In this document: positions 12,933-24,569 of the stretch, in pieces
Numbering within the stretch: the first letter of the stretch is position 1
How the letters are laid out: every line of letters begins with the position of its first letter
Assembly (NCBI GenBank): GCA_008632985.1
Contig: QPGO01000217.1
Coordinates: 1-64,000, forward strand
Length of the DNA stretch: 64,000 nucleotides
Direction of reading: 5' to 3'
Origin: Psammoneis japonica
Taxonomy: Eukaryota
Translations under genes and position numbers: made by a program
Notes under the pieces: generated by a model
Database searches by the model: none
Told to the model about the DNA's origin: nothing
Seen by the model: the letters and a program-made list of their open reading frames with translations, nothing else

Positions 12933-13389
12933 CACTTTCTCGTTCATCCTTTGGTCGACCTGGATCGGGAGGCTGGGTGGTGGGGACAGGTGGTCAGGAG
13001 TGGAGAGTGCTTCACCAGTGCGCCATGACGCCTCTCCAAATCCCAAGCTGGACAGCAGGGCCAGAGGGTGGGAGAGGTGGGAGCGATTAAAACCATCAAG
13101 TTGTTGCTTTGCTCTTCGGAAGAATGAGAGGTGCAATGGGGAAAACAATTGTCCCGAGGTCAGAGGGTCATTTTCAACGGTTTTTCTGTGGGGTGACGAT
13201 GACCAACGGTCACAGGCCCCTCTCGTCCGTTGGACTTTTCAAGGACAGCGGCTGCCACCACTTTTCTCATTCATCCTTCGGTCAACCCGGATCAGGAGGC
13301 CAGGCAGTGGGGACAGGTGGTTGGGAGTGGAGAGTGCTTTGCCAGTGCACCATGATGCCTCTCCAAATCCCAAGCTGGACGCCAGGGCC
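12933..13389 (-). repeat. Ngaro 3' repeat block B2-A2-B1 (+ strand order)
   Basis: B2 12933-13062 and B1 13259-13389 share ttcatcctt...ggggacaggtgg...ggagtggagagtgctt...cctctccaaatcccaagctggac; A2 lies between them. Confidence 0.93.
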
Positions 13390-13480
13390 GCCAGCGCCTC
13401 CCAATGAAAACAACGTGGAGTCAGAACGGGCCACGAGGCTTGGGTGGGTGGGTGGGCCCGGCTGGCGGGCTGGTGGTGAA

Positions 13481-15367
13481 TCACGGGGGTTCTGGATGAA
13501 GGGGAACCTCTGCGTTGGGGTGGAGGACAAAGTCTCCACCTGCCAGCATGCGTCTGGCAAAGTTGCGCATGATGGGTTCTGCCTGGAGATGAAGGTGACA
13601 AAGCATCTCATCCGATCGCCACCAGCCCAAGAGCCGGATGACGTCAGTGTCAACACGGGTGCAAAGCAAGGCCATGGCGCCGGCGGCGCGGAGACAACGG
13701 GCCAAAATGTCGGAAGGGTTGAAACCCAGGTTGGCAGGGCGCCAATGGCAACGACGGCGGTGCGCAGCACGGAGGAGATGTCCGCCGGTGAAACACGATG
13801 CCATCGATTGTTGGCAAAATGAACTCCCAACGGGGTGTCTGGGAGCACGCCATGAGCGCGGAGGTGTTTGACGCGTTCAACAAGAGCAAGGACAGGGCAA
13901 AGTTGTGGGTGGCCGCAGCGGCCTAAACCGACAACTTCGCCGCGGACGCCGTTCTTTTGATCGGTGAACGCAAGTGTTACGAAGGTGGCGGCATCAAGTT
14001 GGGCGTCAGTGGCTGTCCAAATGTCAAGGTAAACACCGCCCAAGGAGAGCCGTATGTCAGCTGGGCGGAAGGGGGTGGTGTCAGACGGGGTGGCGGTGTG
14101 TTCGCCAGGCCGAAGGAGAAAAAAGTGAGCCAGCGCAATCATGCTGGCAATGGCCTTGGTTCCTGTGTGGGGTGTGAAGGCGGCAGCGTGGAGGATCCAA
14201 AAGAGGATGGCAACGGGGACCAGTTTGACCCGGTCGGGTGGAGGATCCTCTTTCTTATAATGGCAAATTTGTTGGCTGAGACCCGTCGCAGGCATGTAAT
14301 TTTTGCCTGCAATTTTTAGCAAGCGCCTGTAATTTTTCGTACAAAAACAGACTCATCATCGTCCATGATGGCAACAAACATCAGAATGTTGAACAACAAT
14401 GGCAACCAACAATCAACGACGAACTTCAACCAGCAAGAGATGCAAGAACTCGTTGATGGCGAACTGTTGTGACACATGTGTGAAAGAAACAATGGCGAAA
14501 AACGATGAGATTGCCATTGTTAACGGACAACAAAATGAAGGCAAGTTCATGCCATTTCAGAAGAAAAACACGTCATGTGGTCGCTGAAACCTTGGCCACG
14601 GATGCAACAGCAACATGTGATGTTAATCACGTCATTGCAAATGGACCAGACTTGTCAGAACAATGATTTCATGTGTGCAAGGTTGCAGCGGAGCCGCCGA
14701 ATGCCATGGTGTTTTGACGCTGTCAACAGAATGTTCAGCTTCGTGCACACATGAGTTAATTAAAATTAGAGATGTGGAGTTATACCTGCTTCGATGTCAA
14801 CAATTTTTGAGGAACACACATTCCATGAATGTGTCATTCCTCGCAGAATTACAGACATCCAATTTCACACTCTCGCAGTCGTGAGAAAATCTGGTGTGAT
14901 TTTGGGGTGTAGATTTGCGCGATGCGCGTTTTTACACCCCCAAATTACACCCCGAATTACACCCCAATTTCCACGACTGCAACGGGTCTGAGGCGGAAGT
15001 CCAACTGGCCTTGGGATGTGTGTCTGGGGTCTGGGGTCCCCATTGCCAAGAACGTTTGCCCAACTGAACGCACGGCATCCTCAGCGGTGCGTGCGTGGAC
15101 GGGATTTCCGCGGGGGGCGATGGCGCCAGTCCGGCACCGATGCAGGAAGACTTGAAGGTAGACGATGGGGTTGGGAACATCTTCGAGGAGTGGGTCGAAA
15201 ACCAGTTGGGTGCTGAAGTTGGACCAGAGACTCCAGTGGGAATCGGCGGCGGAGGAACATGAAGCAGTGACACCATGGGCAACGGCGTGTTGCGCAGCAC
15301 TGAGATCACGAATGAACGCAGCGCGGGTGGTGGGGTCCACATTCACCAGGAGGAGATCTGTGGACAA
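13481..15367 (-). pseudogene. Tyrosine recombinase of the Ngaro element, split by a MITE and frameshifted
   Basis: GQLDFRL|SQQICHYKKEDPPPDRVK rejoins across the MITE. LAHFFLLRPGEHT, FTDQKNGVRGE, LRAAGAMALL and RLLGWWRSDEMLCHLHLQA are present; the catalytic Tyr now reads His. Confidence 0.9.
14280..14988. mobile_element. 709-bp MITE / non-autonomous DNA transposon (PIF/Harbinger-like)
   Basis: TIRs GACCCGTCGCAG / CTGCAACGGGTC; TGA duplicated at 14277-14279 and 14989-14991; removal restores the YR frame. Internal blocks also match 12107-12140 (inverted) and 12810-12935. Confidence 0.88.
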
Positions 15368-15399
15368 GTGGAGTCAAAATGGTGCAAGAAATCAGAGTT

Positions 15400-17388
15400 A
15401 GAGAGGCGCTGCATGCGAGAAGCATCGTCTGCTGCACTGTTGAGGGGGCCGGGTGCACAGTCGTGGAGGCCAGTGTGATGGTGACAGCGTTGGTGGTGGG
15501 CTTGGCCCCGGAGGAGATGGGAGGCCAGTTTGATGGTCGTGCTGGCTCCTTTGCGTTGCTGAAACATGGTGCCGAGGTTGTCGGCATGGGAAAGGAAAGT
15601 TCATTCCCTGATGTCGCAGCAATCCGCCATGGCACAGGACTGAATGAAGCTGCCTGTGAGCTCAAGGTCAGTGTTGGTGATGGGACCCTTGGGGTTTTCG
15701 CAGGTGCCAAGGCTGGCGGTGATGTCCTTGGGAAAGGGCATCTGCCACACAATGGGGTCCAGGCATGTGTGAGGGTGGATGCGTCCGGTGCCAGTGCGGA
15801 GTTGAGTGGCTCGTGGTGTGGCTGTGGGAGTTGGCAGTGGGACGCCCCCGGCACCATGGCCGGCTGCATCGTGACAACCCCCAACAGTGGGCTCCAACAG
15901 GACTGGCTCTTGAATGCGGGTGGGGTGTGCATCGAGCGTCGTACACAGGTCTCGAAAGTCATCGAGAATGGCGTGCACATTCTCCGCAAGCCGGAGGCGT
16001 GCGTCGGGTGTGGCGTGGCAGAGATTCTCCTGCAGAACAGAGAAGAGTCCTCGAGCTCTGGGCAAGGCAATGGCGAGCAAACGCAATTCGCCCAAGAGCT
16101 TCTGGCAATCAAGGACAGTGGTGCGGCGGCGGCTCCGGGGAAAGTCCTGGTGCAGTGTGTGGCAAAGGCGTTCTCGGCGGCGTGGTGTCAGCCGCAAGGT
16201 CATCGACTGAGTGTCGATCAACCAACCGAGGACCTCCTTCTGTGTGGTCCACGTTGCATTGCCCTTGCGGAGCTTTTTGATGGACATGGGCTCCTTGCGA
16301 GTGGGCGAGTTGTGGAAATCGGTGGGGCGGAAGATGTCGTCGATGGCGTGCATGACAACTCGGTGTACATTGCCGCGGGCAGTCTTGTCGCCCTGGGCTG
16401 CACCGATGAAGTCGTCAACACAAATGTCGATGCATGCTAGATGCCAACATTTAGAATGGTTTGGGTGTGGGTCGGATTGGGCTGGAATGGGGATGGAGAG
16501 CGCCGGGTCTGGTGGTGGCGTCGGTTGATGTGTCGGCGGATGGCTCTCAGCGAGTCGCTCCAATTGGTGTGGCGGTGCTGTGACATTGTGGAGCAAGGCC
16601 TGATTGGATGAGTCAGCCACAGTCTTGGTGCCTGCACTGAAGATTGGTGGCGAATTAGCCCAGCCCATGGGCAGGCATGTCGGCATTGCCACAAGGCGTG
16701 GCTCACCTGGCAATTGTGGGAAGGAGACACCCAACAGAGGTGCACGATCTTCAGACAGGAAAACTCGGCAGAAACCATCCGACAGGTCTATCTTCATGAG
16801 ATGGACTCACCCCTTTTTTTGGTTGGCGAGGAGAATGTGCCAAAGTGAACGGTCCAATGCTCGGCCGAATTGCATGGCCCCCATGGGGGCACTGGGCTGC
16901 ATGGCTTGATTGACCCCAAAGCAGGAGCAATCAACAATGGGACGGGGCTGTCTGGCATGTTGGGGTGCCACGCCTGTTGGACTGAGGTGCAGACCGGGAA
17001 CGGTCTTCACCTCCTCATGCGGCAACACAACCCAAAAACCTTTTGCAATGTAGCCGTGCATGTCTTCGCGCAAAAAGTCGATGTGCTCCCAAGCGGACTT
17101 GTGTGGTCCCCTGGCGACACTTGCTTCTAGCTCTTCAGCCGTCCACCGGGCATTGGCGACCATGATGGGCGCTCCCCGTGTCTGACCCCAGTCCCCTCTC
17201 TTCCTGCGATGGCGAAGGAGGTAACTGAGACCTTTTTGACGAAGTGCAAGTGCATCCTTAAGAATTTGCTTGCCCAGTTTGTCCAGCTCAGAGTTGGCAA
17301 TGGTTTGCCCATGGAGGGTGGGACGACCATGGCTCTGCTGAGCACGTGGATTCTCCACCTGTGGGGGTGGCGGGCCTGGAGCCGTCAC
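15400..17388 (-). pseudogene. Reverse transcriptase/RNase H of the Ngaro element
   Basis: KGFWVVLP, LHLSPTGVAPQHARQPRPIVDCS, AMQFGRALDR, KIDLSDGFCRV, LPMGWANSPP, CIDICVDDFIG (YVDD), KEVLGWLIDT, CHDAAGHGAGGV, ITNTDLELTG; internal stops and frameshifts. Confidence 0.92.
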
Positions 17389-17409
17389 CGGCTCCAGATG
17401 AAAAGGCTC

Positions 17410-19000
17410 TCAGCAGTCAGCCCCCGAACCGATGCTGCTGCCAAATTCTTGTTCAGTTTTCCAATGCTCCGTGGCCCATTTGAGGAGCGAGGACTGCTCT
17501 GCGTTGGTGTGGCGTCCATGGTGGTCATTGCGGGATCCACAATTGGTGTTGCATTGCCTCTTGATGTGGCAGGGAAGGCAACGGGCAGTGCCATTTGAGT
17601 CAACGGGCAAGGCAATGTTGTTGCGAGCGCAGCGCTGCTTGACATCACGCAAGCGGACGTTTGGGCGATCACGAACGGAAGAAAAACGGTCATCGCAGTT
17701 TTCATTGTGAACAATGGAATTGTCGCCCGGAGTCTGAGCTTGCCCAGCAGGTGAGGGTGCAGGTGCTTGGGCTGATCCCAGATGCTGAAGCGGTCCCGTC
17801 GAGCTGTGTGTCGGTGGGCCTTGAGGTCGAACGGCAATTGGCAGCGGACGTTGCCAATTGCCCTTGGCCGCCTCGTAAATGACATTCTTGGGCGTGAACA
17901 GAACGGGATTGTGCATGGACTCTTGATCTTTAAACCAATGATGGATTTCGATCTGAACACAGCGCTGGAAATCTGCGGGCAGCGCAGGGTGACACGTCAT
18001 CTGCAGCGCAAGATCATTGGTGCAAACGTCCAAGGAGTGGCGCAGGTCCATGAGACAACAGACGACCGGGGGTGGGCAGCGCCTGAGGCCGCGGACAGGA
18101 CCACCCAGAGTCCATCAAGTGAGTGTTGGACAGCCTGCACAGTGGCAGCAACCTTCGCATCGTCCGGTGCTTCAAGAACCACAGTGTCGGACAAAGATGG
18201 CGTGCCCATGCCACCATGAATCTGGTGGCACAGAGCCACACGGTGTGCCATCTGTTCCACCTGTTGAGGAGCAGTGAGGCCGAAAATGAAAGGGTTGACA
18301 CCTTGAGCGAGGTCATCTTTGTTGTGTCCGGCCAATGAGAGTTGGGCGAGCTTGGTGACCATGCTCACTGAGATTGGAATCTCAAAACAGACGCTTTGTG
18401 CCTGACGTTGCTCATCCACAGTGTTCTGCACTGTGGCGATCCGTCCCGTCTTGGGCGCAGCAGCCAAACGTTGCCACAAGGGCAGCAGCTGGTTCTCTTG
18501 ATGCACCTGGCACAATCACATGAGCTTTGTAACCCCGTGTTCTCCACAGAACTGCACCGGTGTCTTTCTGCGATTGGCTGCCTGCTGGCGGGCCTGGGCA
18601 TCCAAACGCTGTTGCTGTTGTTCCGCGGTGAGATCGTCAACAGCGCGAATGACCGGCTGAAATTGCGGTCCTGGCATGGCCGGTGCCCCAAATCCAGGGA
18701 GATCGTGTTGTGTGCATTGGTCGAAAAAACGAATCAGGTGCTCGTTGGGTGGTTGGGGGAGAGTGGGGTCACTCGGTGCAAACCGCCGACTCCTTGCCAT
18801 CAACTTGCATCGTGACACATGTGACACGAAGAAAATCCAGAAGTGCCCGGCAATCGGCCACTCTGTTTGCCACGTCAAGCGCTCCACACACGCGTGTGTG
18901 CACCTCCTTGGGGGTCAACGGTTCTGGTGGGAGTGACTTGACCAAATCAAATGGCACGAACATGGTCCCTCTAGTCCGCACCTCCTCCGAGTCCACGTCG
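17410..19000 (-). pseudogene. Ngaro gag-like ORF, 3' part
   Basis: Fragmented ORFs directly upstream of RT, ending in a Cys/His knuckle (RCLPCHIKRQCNTNCGSRNDH); EEVRTRGTMFVPFDLV motif. Confidence 0.7.
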
Positions 19001-20026
19001 TGTGCTGCTGCAGCAGGATGCAACCCATGTGTGGAGAGGTCGTTGGATGACAAGGAAGAGTCAAGTGCCCGATGAGCTGTTGAATGCAAATTTGCATTCC
19101 CAGAGTTGCTCCTCCTCCCGACCACTTTGACGCAAGCATTGGGTGACAGGTTGGGTCCCGATGCACCTTGTGACGCCAAGTTTGACATTTCGCAAGCAAC
19201 AGAGAGACATTGTGGATTACGATTTAAGTGACCGAGCATGCGCTGGAAGGAGCAATGGCAACAGGGACAATTGATTGCGTCTTCACCCTTGTTTTCGGAC
19301 TGCGGCAGTTCCATTTTGGTGTTTTTGTGGAAAGAAACGATCACGCATCGGCGAGAACAATTCTGCGAATGGACGCGGCTGAGGTTTGGTCGTGTGGACG
19401 GTGTGTGTTGTCAGGGTGGGCAGGATGCAAGACACAAAATTGGCGCAAAAATGGCGATCATTGATCATTTTGCATCAATGAATGCTTTTGCAGTTGCCTG
19501 ACAAAAGGATGCGTTGGGACAATTGAACACTTTCAGGTTGTGCAACAAATGAGAATGCAAAAACTTGCCAACGGAAAGGGAAGAGCAAGTTAGAACACAG
19601 TCTTCGGAACATTTTGTGATCACCGCTCACTGTCAATTCGTTGACTTGCGCACGCAGTGAAAAGGCTCGGGTTGTCCCATGTCCGTCAGTTCCACCATTG
19701 GGGCGGCGTCAATGCATCAAAAACAACACCCGTCATGCCACAGCCGTGCAAGCAACCTTCAGTTACACCATGGCTTCCATTGTCCAAAACGACACGTTGC
19801 TGGCATGCTGGCCTGATGACTGCTGGAGGAAATTGGCTGAGGTGGAGAGCAAGGGACAAGAAGCAAAAGAGGAAAAGATGGAGGCGGACTGCCACGCAGC
19901 TAAAAAAGAGCCAGGTCGCTGGTTGGGCACTGGGAGGAAGGAACCATCCAAGAACCCCTGCTTGCAAAGAGACTGCATGGACATGTGTCATTTAATCTGC
20001 TCGCACAGCAAAGTCACACGCGGTGA

Positions 20027-20825
20027 TGCTCGGTCTACAGGTGAACCGAGCCGGATCGGATCGCCGGATCGACTCCTTCATAACCCATTAAAATGTTAGT
20101 CCATCGAGTCAAAAAGTCGGTCCGTGGCCTTCGTGGGACTGATCCGCCATCTCGGATCGGATGTCGGATCCAATTTTGAAGATTCCGTGCCGTCATCACG
20201 ACAATGGCACAACATCACACGATTATGACACAGAACGGCATAAGATTCAGCCATAAGGGCAAGGGACATTCTGAGCATTATAGTCAAAGTCTTCCCATGC
20301 TCGAAATGACGATGAGAAAGGTCGCATGGCAATAGAATAGCTTGTCAAACCGATAATGCCGTATAGATTTGTTGGAGAAACATTGAATAAGCAAAATAAC
20401 AAGTATTTATTATTTAATTCGAAATTTCAATACGAAAACATTTGCATTAGTTTCCTAATTACAAAAGTGATAGCTTTTTCTTCCTTAGCGTTGCTGCGAA
20501 CACTGAGTGACAACGATTCTCAATGATGCGGTCTCATATGTATGTATAGCAGTAATAACAGTATGGTTCTGTCGTCATATCGTCACGTTATGACAAGATG
20601 TGAAGCATCATGGCCACACTTCTTGTTGTTCGCTGTTGTCAGCGCTTTGTTGTTCTTGGGAGTTTGGAATCTTGAAACTTATGTCGTTTTGCGACTCATC
20701 AAAATGTCGAATCCGATCCGCGATCCGATCCGCGATCCGATCCGGTTCCACCTGTCGACTAACGGAATTCTGACGCGATCCGATCCGTCGATCCGATCCG
20801 GCGCGGTTCACCTGTAGACCGAGCC
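20027..20825. mobile_element. 799-bp young MITE (PIF/Harbinger-like)
   Basis: ~45-bp TIR (GCTCGGTCTACAGGTGAACCG.GCCGGATCGGATCG.CGGATCG); TGA TSD at 20024-20026 and 20826-20828; removal rejoins ORF ...KVTRGD|LGAEPVDVEEMWE; normal TpA/CpG content. Confidence 0.93.
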
Positions 20826-22208
20826 TGACTTGGGCGCAGAGCCCGTGGATGTCGAAGAAATGTGGGAGATTCATTTGATGATCATGGAAAGAGATGAACA
20901 GACCATCAAGGAGAAATGGAAGGAACTGTCAGAAACCAAATACAAAATCATGAGCCGGGTCTGTGAGAACATGCATGAATGGAGCAGGGAAGTGAGGGAA
21001 TGCATGCACGCTGCACAGGCCATGTTTTCCATTCACAACAAGGACGAGCGCTCAAGTTGGAGATCATCGAGCAAGCGAGGAATGCTCACAAAACACGCCA
21101 GCATTGGAACTTGCTGGCAATGCACCCGGAGAGGCAGGGAGAACAGCACGCGGCAAACAGTTGGTTGAACAAACCAAGCGATGAGCTGATTGATGAGTTT
21201 GCAGCTGGGTCAAGGGAGGGCAAGCTTCGTCTGGCGATTGACAAGCAAGATGTTGATTCATTTAGCAGGGAATCAACCATCAGCTTGCCCACATGTGGAA
21301 TGGACAACAGCGGGAATTGCAGACCACTCGCATTGGACAACGGTTTGGGAGATGTGTGCAAACTGGTTGTGGACCGAAAGGGCGTCGTGTTTGATGCAAG
21401 GAAGCTGGCGAATTTGTTCGAGCAACAAGCAGAGCGAGACACACCTTGCAGGTTGTGGCGGTGTGACGAATTGGAGTTCTTTGAATTGACACCAAGGAAG
21501 GTCAACGGTTGGATCTTGGAAATGATCGAGAAAAGGGACTTGGGTCGGGGGTCCTGTCCTTTTCATTGGGACGATGAAAAGGACAGGAAACTGCGGAGAC
21601 AATGTTTAAAAATGAAACAGGAAACGACTCGTCGCAATTACGTCGAGCGTTTTGTCGGGTGTGTCAGTGAGGCAACCTGCATGTTTGATCACATGACTGA
21701 TTGCTCATGTGAGGGGAGGTGCAGCAATTTTGTCATTGTCCATTTAGAGGAGGATGCAATGGAAGAATTGGATCAGAGTTCGTTTTCGGCGCGAACTTTC
21801 CATGGGAGGTGAAGAGTGCATGGAGCATGGATGCGAACTTCTGACCGACAGTGATTGCTGTTCATGCACGATTCTGTGTGTTTAAGAGTTTCAAATGCAA
21901 TGATCGAGTTGCACATCTGAGTTGTCATCAACATTTAATTGTGCAAATCAAATTGAAACATTGGTCTCTTAAACTGAAACAAACACAACCAAGTGTGTTG
22001 TTTTCAAAGTCAAATGACAAAAATTGCCAATTGTGATGATTTGGGAAAGATTTGACAGTTGACAATGCACAAGGATGGAGAGGTGGCATCACCATCAAGT
22101 GTTGGGAACAGATTTGAAATTTTGCAAAGACTGTCTTCCTCGGCAGAACTGCTGCACTTGCATGACCGCGGACGGGAGGAACTGACAGCGACACAATGAG
22201 TCGAGGCG

Positions 22209-23403
22209 ATGGGGAGGAGGAAGAAAGCGTCCAAGAGGGATGCTGCAGGGGCGGAGGGAGCGCCCCACAGCCCGAGGCTTGTGGCGGCATTGCAGCAGTC
22301 GGGGGCTGCGGCGGATCACAAGTCACTAAAGAGAGAGGTGGAAGAGGTGGCACGGAGAGAGCTGTTCCCAAAGGCGAAATTCCTCGTGAAGGCGGACATG
22401 GCGAGTGATGGCAAGGTGTCACGGCTGGTGCGCAAAAACACAGCAGATGGGAACTTCAGCAAACGAGAATGGGCAGGATCATGGGAGGACTGGGCTAAAA
22501 AAAGCATGCTCAATGCGATCAACGCAAAAAGAAACACCGTGTGTCAGACGACAATGAGGAGTGCGATGAGTGGTGAGTGAAGAGGAGTGGAGCATTTCCG
22601 AAGTGAAAATAGAAAGTGGTGCTGCCAATGAATGTCTTGTTTTTCTACAGTCGTTGTGACAGAAAATCAAGCAGAGGACATCCGAGACAACAAAAGGCAA
22701 GAAGCAAGGAAGCAGAGATCCAAAAAGAAGCGGAAACAAGACACAGCCAACATTGAAGAAGAGTTCATTGCGACTTGGGAGGATGGGACAGCGGACACAA
22801 TTGTGTTTGAGAAGCGAAAGAACAGAGAGGCGTGCGCCTGGTTCTACGACAACATCCTAAAATTCACGAAGAGCACTGCGATGTGGAGGAGGATGGCAGA
22901 GTCCGGAAGCACAAAGGCCACAGAACTGGCTGCTGCAAGCGACGAGGCACTGGCCCTTTTGATGATGGAAAACCACTGGAAGATTTGGGAGCACAAGAAG
23001 ATGCAGGGGTTGGATGAGGAAGGGAGCGAAGAGGAAAAACTGGCTCCATTGCACACGGACCCGTCGCGACAGCGTGACTCTTGGAAGGATGAGGGAACAA
23101 AGCAATTCAACCAATTGCCTTAAGGAGGTAAAGGAAGACAGGGCAACAGAGCAGGGTGTGCATTTCGACACGTGGCACACAGACGAAAAGAAAAAGGAGT
23201 GCGAAGAAAAGGGAAAAAAGGCAAGAACCACTCAAGAGCCAGCAAAAACGGAGACGAGAATGCAGGCAACATTGGAACTTTCTAGTGACAATGAGGAGGA
23301 CGATGAAGCAAAGGAGAAAACAAGTGGCAAAGAAGATGAGAAGGAAGATGAAGCCAGCCAGGAAGACAGTGACGGAAGCAAAGGAAATGAGACTGCAGTG
23401 TGA
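22209..23403 (+). pseudogene. Transposon-associated spliced ORF of unknown function (SDEAxALLxxENxW motif), frameshifted near 23120
   Basis: Exon 22209-22572, GT-AG intron 22573-22650, exon from 22651; acidic C-terminal tail in a shifted frame; Tyr almost absent. Confidence 0.55.
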
Positions 23404-23805
23404 GCAGATTGGAAATGTGGGACAACCAGGACGGCAGCATCAACTCAGCATTGATTGACACCAGAGGCTAAAAAGCCACAGCGATGAGTCTTGGTTGATT
23501 GAAAAAAGTTGACTGGGTTCATTGTGTTTGTTCCTTGTGATTGCAAAACAACCACACAATGTGAAAATTGACAATCATGCTGACAATCAGCAGTTGTGGT
23601 GAACGGAGACACATGCCAAATGGGAAAAAAGGGGGGTGTTTGCATGGTTGAGGTTTTTTCTCATGGACAAAAAGAGTTCTCTGCAGTTAAAAAAATTGAC
23701 TGTCATGGATTAAATTTTTTCACCAGCTGCACAACTGATGAGGTTTGAAACTGTGAAAATTTCATCTGTCAAAGAGATGAAAATCACAATGAAAAGGTGA
23801 CGCCA

Positions 23806-24569
23806 GATCACCATGTTGCGCCCTCTGATGCAGCGTGGGTTGCCAGTGCTGCATCAGCAGGAACCCAAGTCCCTGGTGCGGCCAACGCAAAATGTGCATC
23901 CGGGAAAGTTGCAATGGTGTGCTGTCCTCAGTGCAGATCGCCAATGATCGCGAACTTCTGACCATCCCATGGCTGTGGTGGCCCTGCGACCGTGGTTGGA
24001 TGCTGCACAATGCGATGGCAGATTTGGACGCGGCCCGGATCCACCGCGTTTGCGTTGGGGTCGCGACAATGGAGTGCCATGGCCATGGGCATGTTGCGCG
24101 TCGAGGCAGCCGCAACTCGTTCCGCAAGCACGTTCGCCCCGTGCCTTGCATTGCCATTTGCAACTGCCGCAAAATCCAACATCAGATCGGCGCATTCACC
24201 GCCATGCAGATCATTGTTGGTCATGGAGCAGCATGCTTGGCATGTGTCGATGACCGGCATCGGCAAGGGCACCATCGGTGGCTGTTGGGGCGGTGTGGCG
24301 ACTGGCTGCACCGGTGGTGGTGGTGCCCCAGCTCCTCCTGGAAACGGATGAACTGGCGGGGCTGGTTGAGCTGCCCCCCTGGTTGTGGTGCGACGTGTGC
24401 GTGAGGTGCCGCGGCTTGTGCCGGTTGACCTCCCACACTCGGATTTGCCACTGGCGGCGGTCCTTGTCCTGCTCCTGGAGGTGGTGGCACGTTTGCCACA
24501 ATGGGTGCAGTGTCCCTGCTGGCGAGTGCAACAAACAGTGTGGCTGAAGGCATCCTCAGCCTCGAGATG
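23806..24569 (-). pseudogene. Ngaro gag-like ORF, 5' part
   Basis: Pro/Ala-rich start, then DLHGGECADLMLDF...QPWDGQKFAIIGDL, directly downstream of repeat A1. Confidence 0.65.

Larger units (their letters stand above)
19001..23805. mobile_element. Degenerate multi-ORF insert interrupting Ngaro gag (probable transposon fragment, family unassigned)
   Basis: Lies between the gag halves. Contains a truncated Zn-finger ORF (CPCCHCSFQRMLGHL, minus strand, from ~19320) and + strand ORF remnants (19770-21812, 22209-23403). No TIR found; boundaries approximate. Confidence 0.55.

Noticed and set aside
13900..15200. Apparent clustering of surviving TpA around the MITE insertion (protection by heterology)
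   Set aside because: Similar survivors occur throughout the RT region (e.g. 15943, 16367, 17050, 17222), so clustering is not supportable by eye.
15379..16440. 353-aa + strand ORF opposite the RT
   Set aside because: Antisense shadow of a GC-rich, stop-depleted pseudogene; no motifs.
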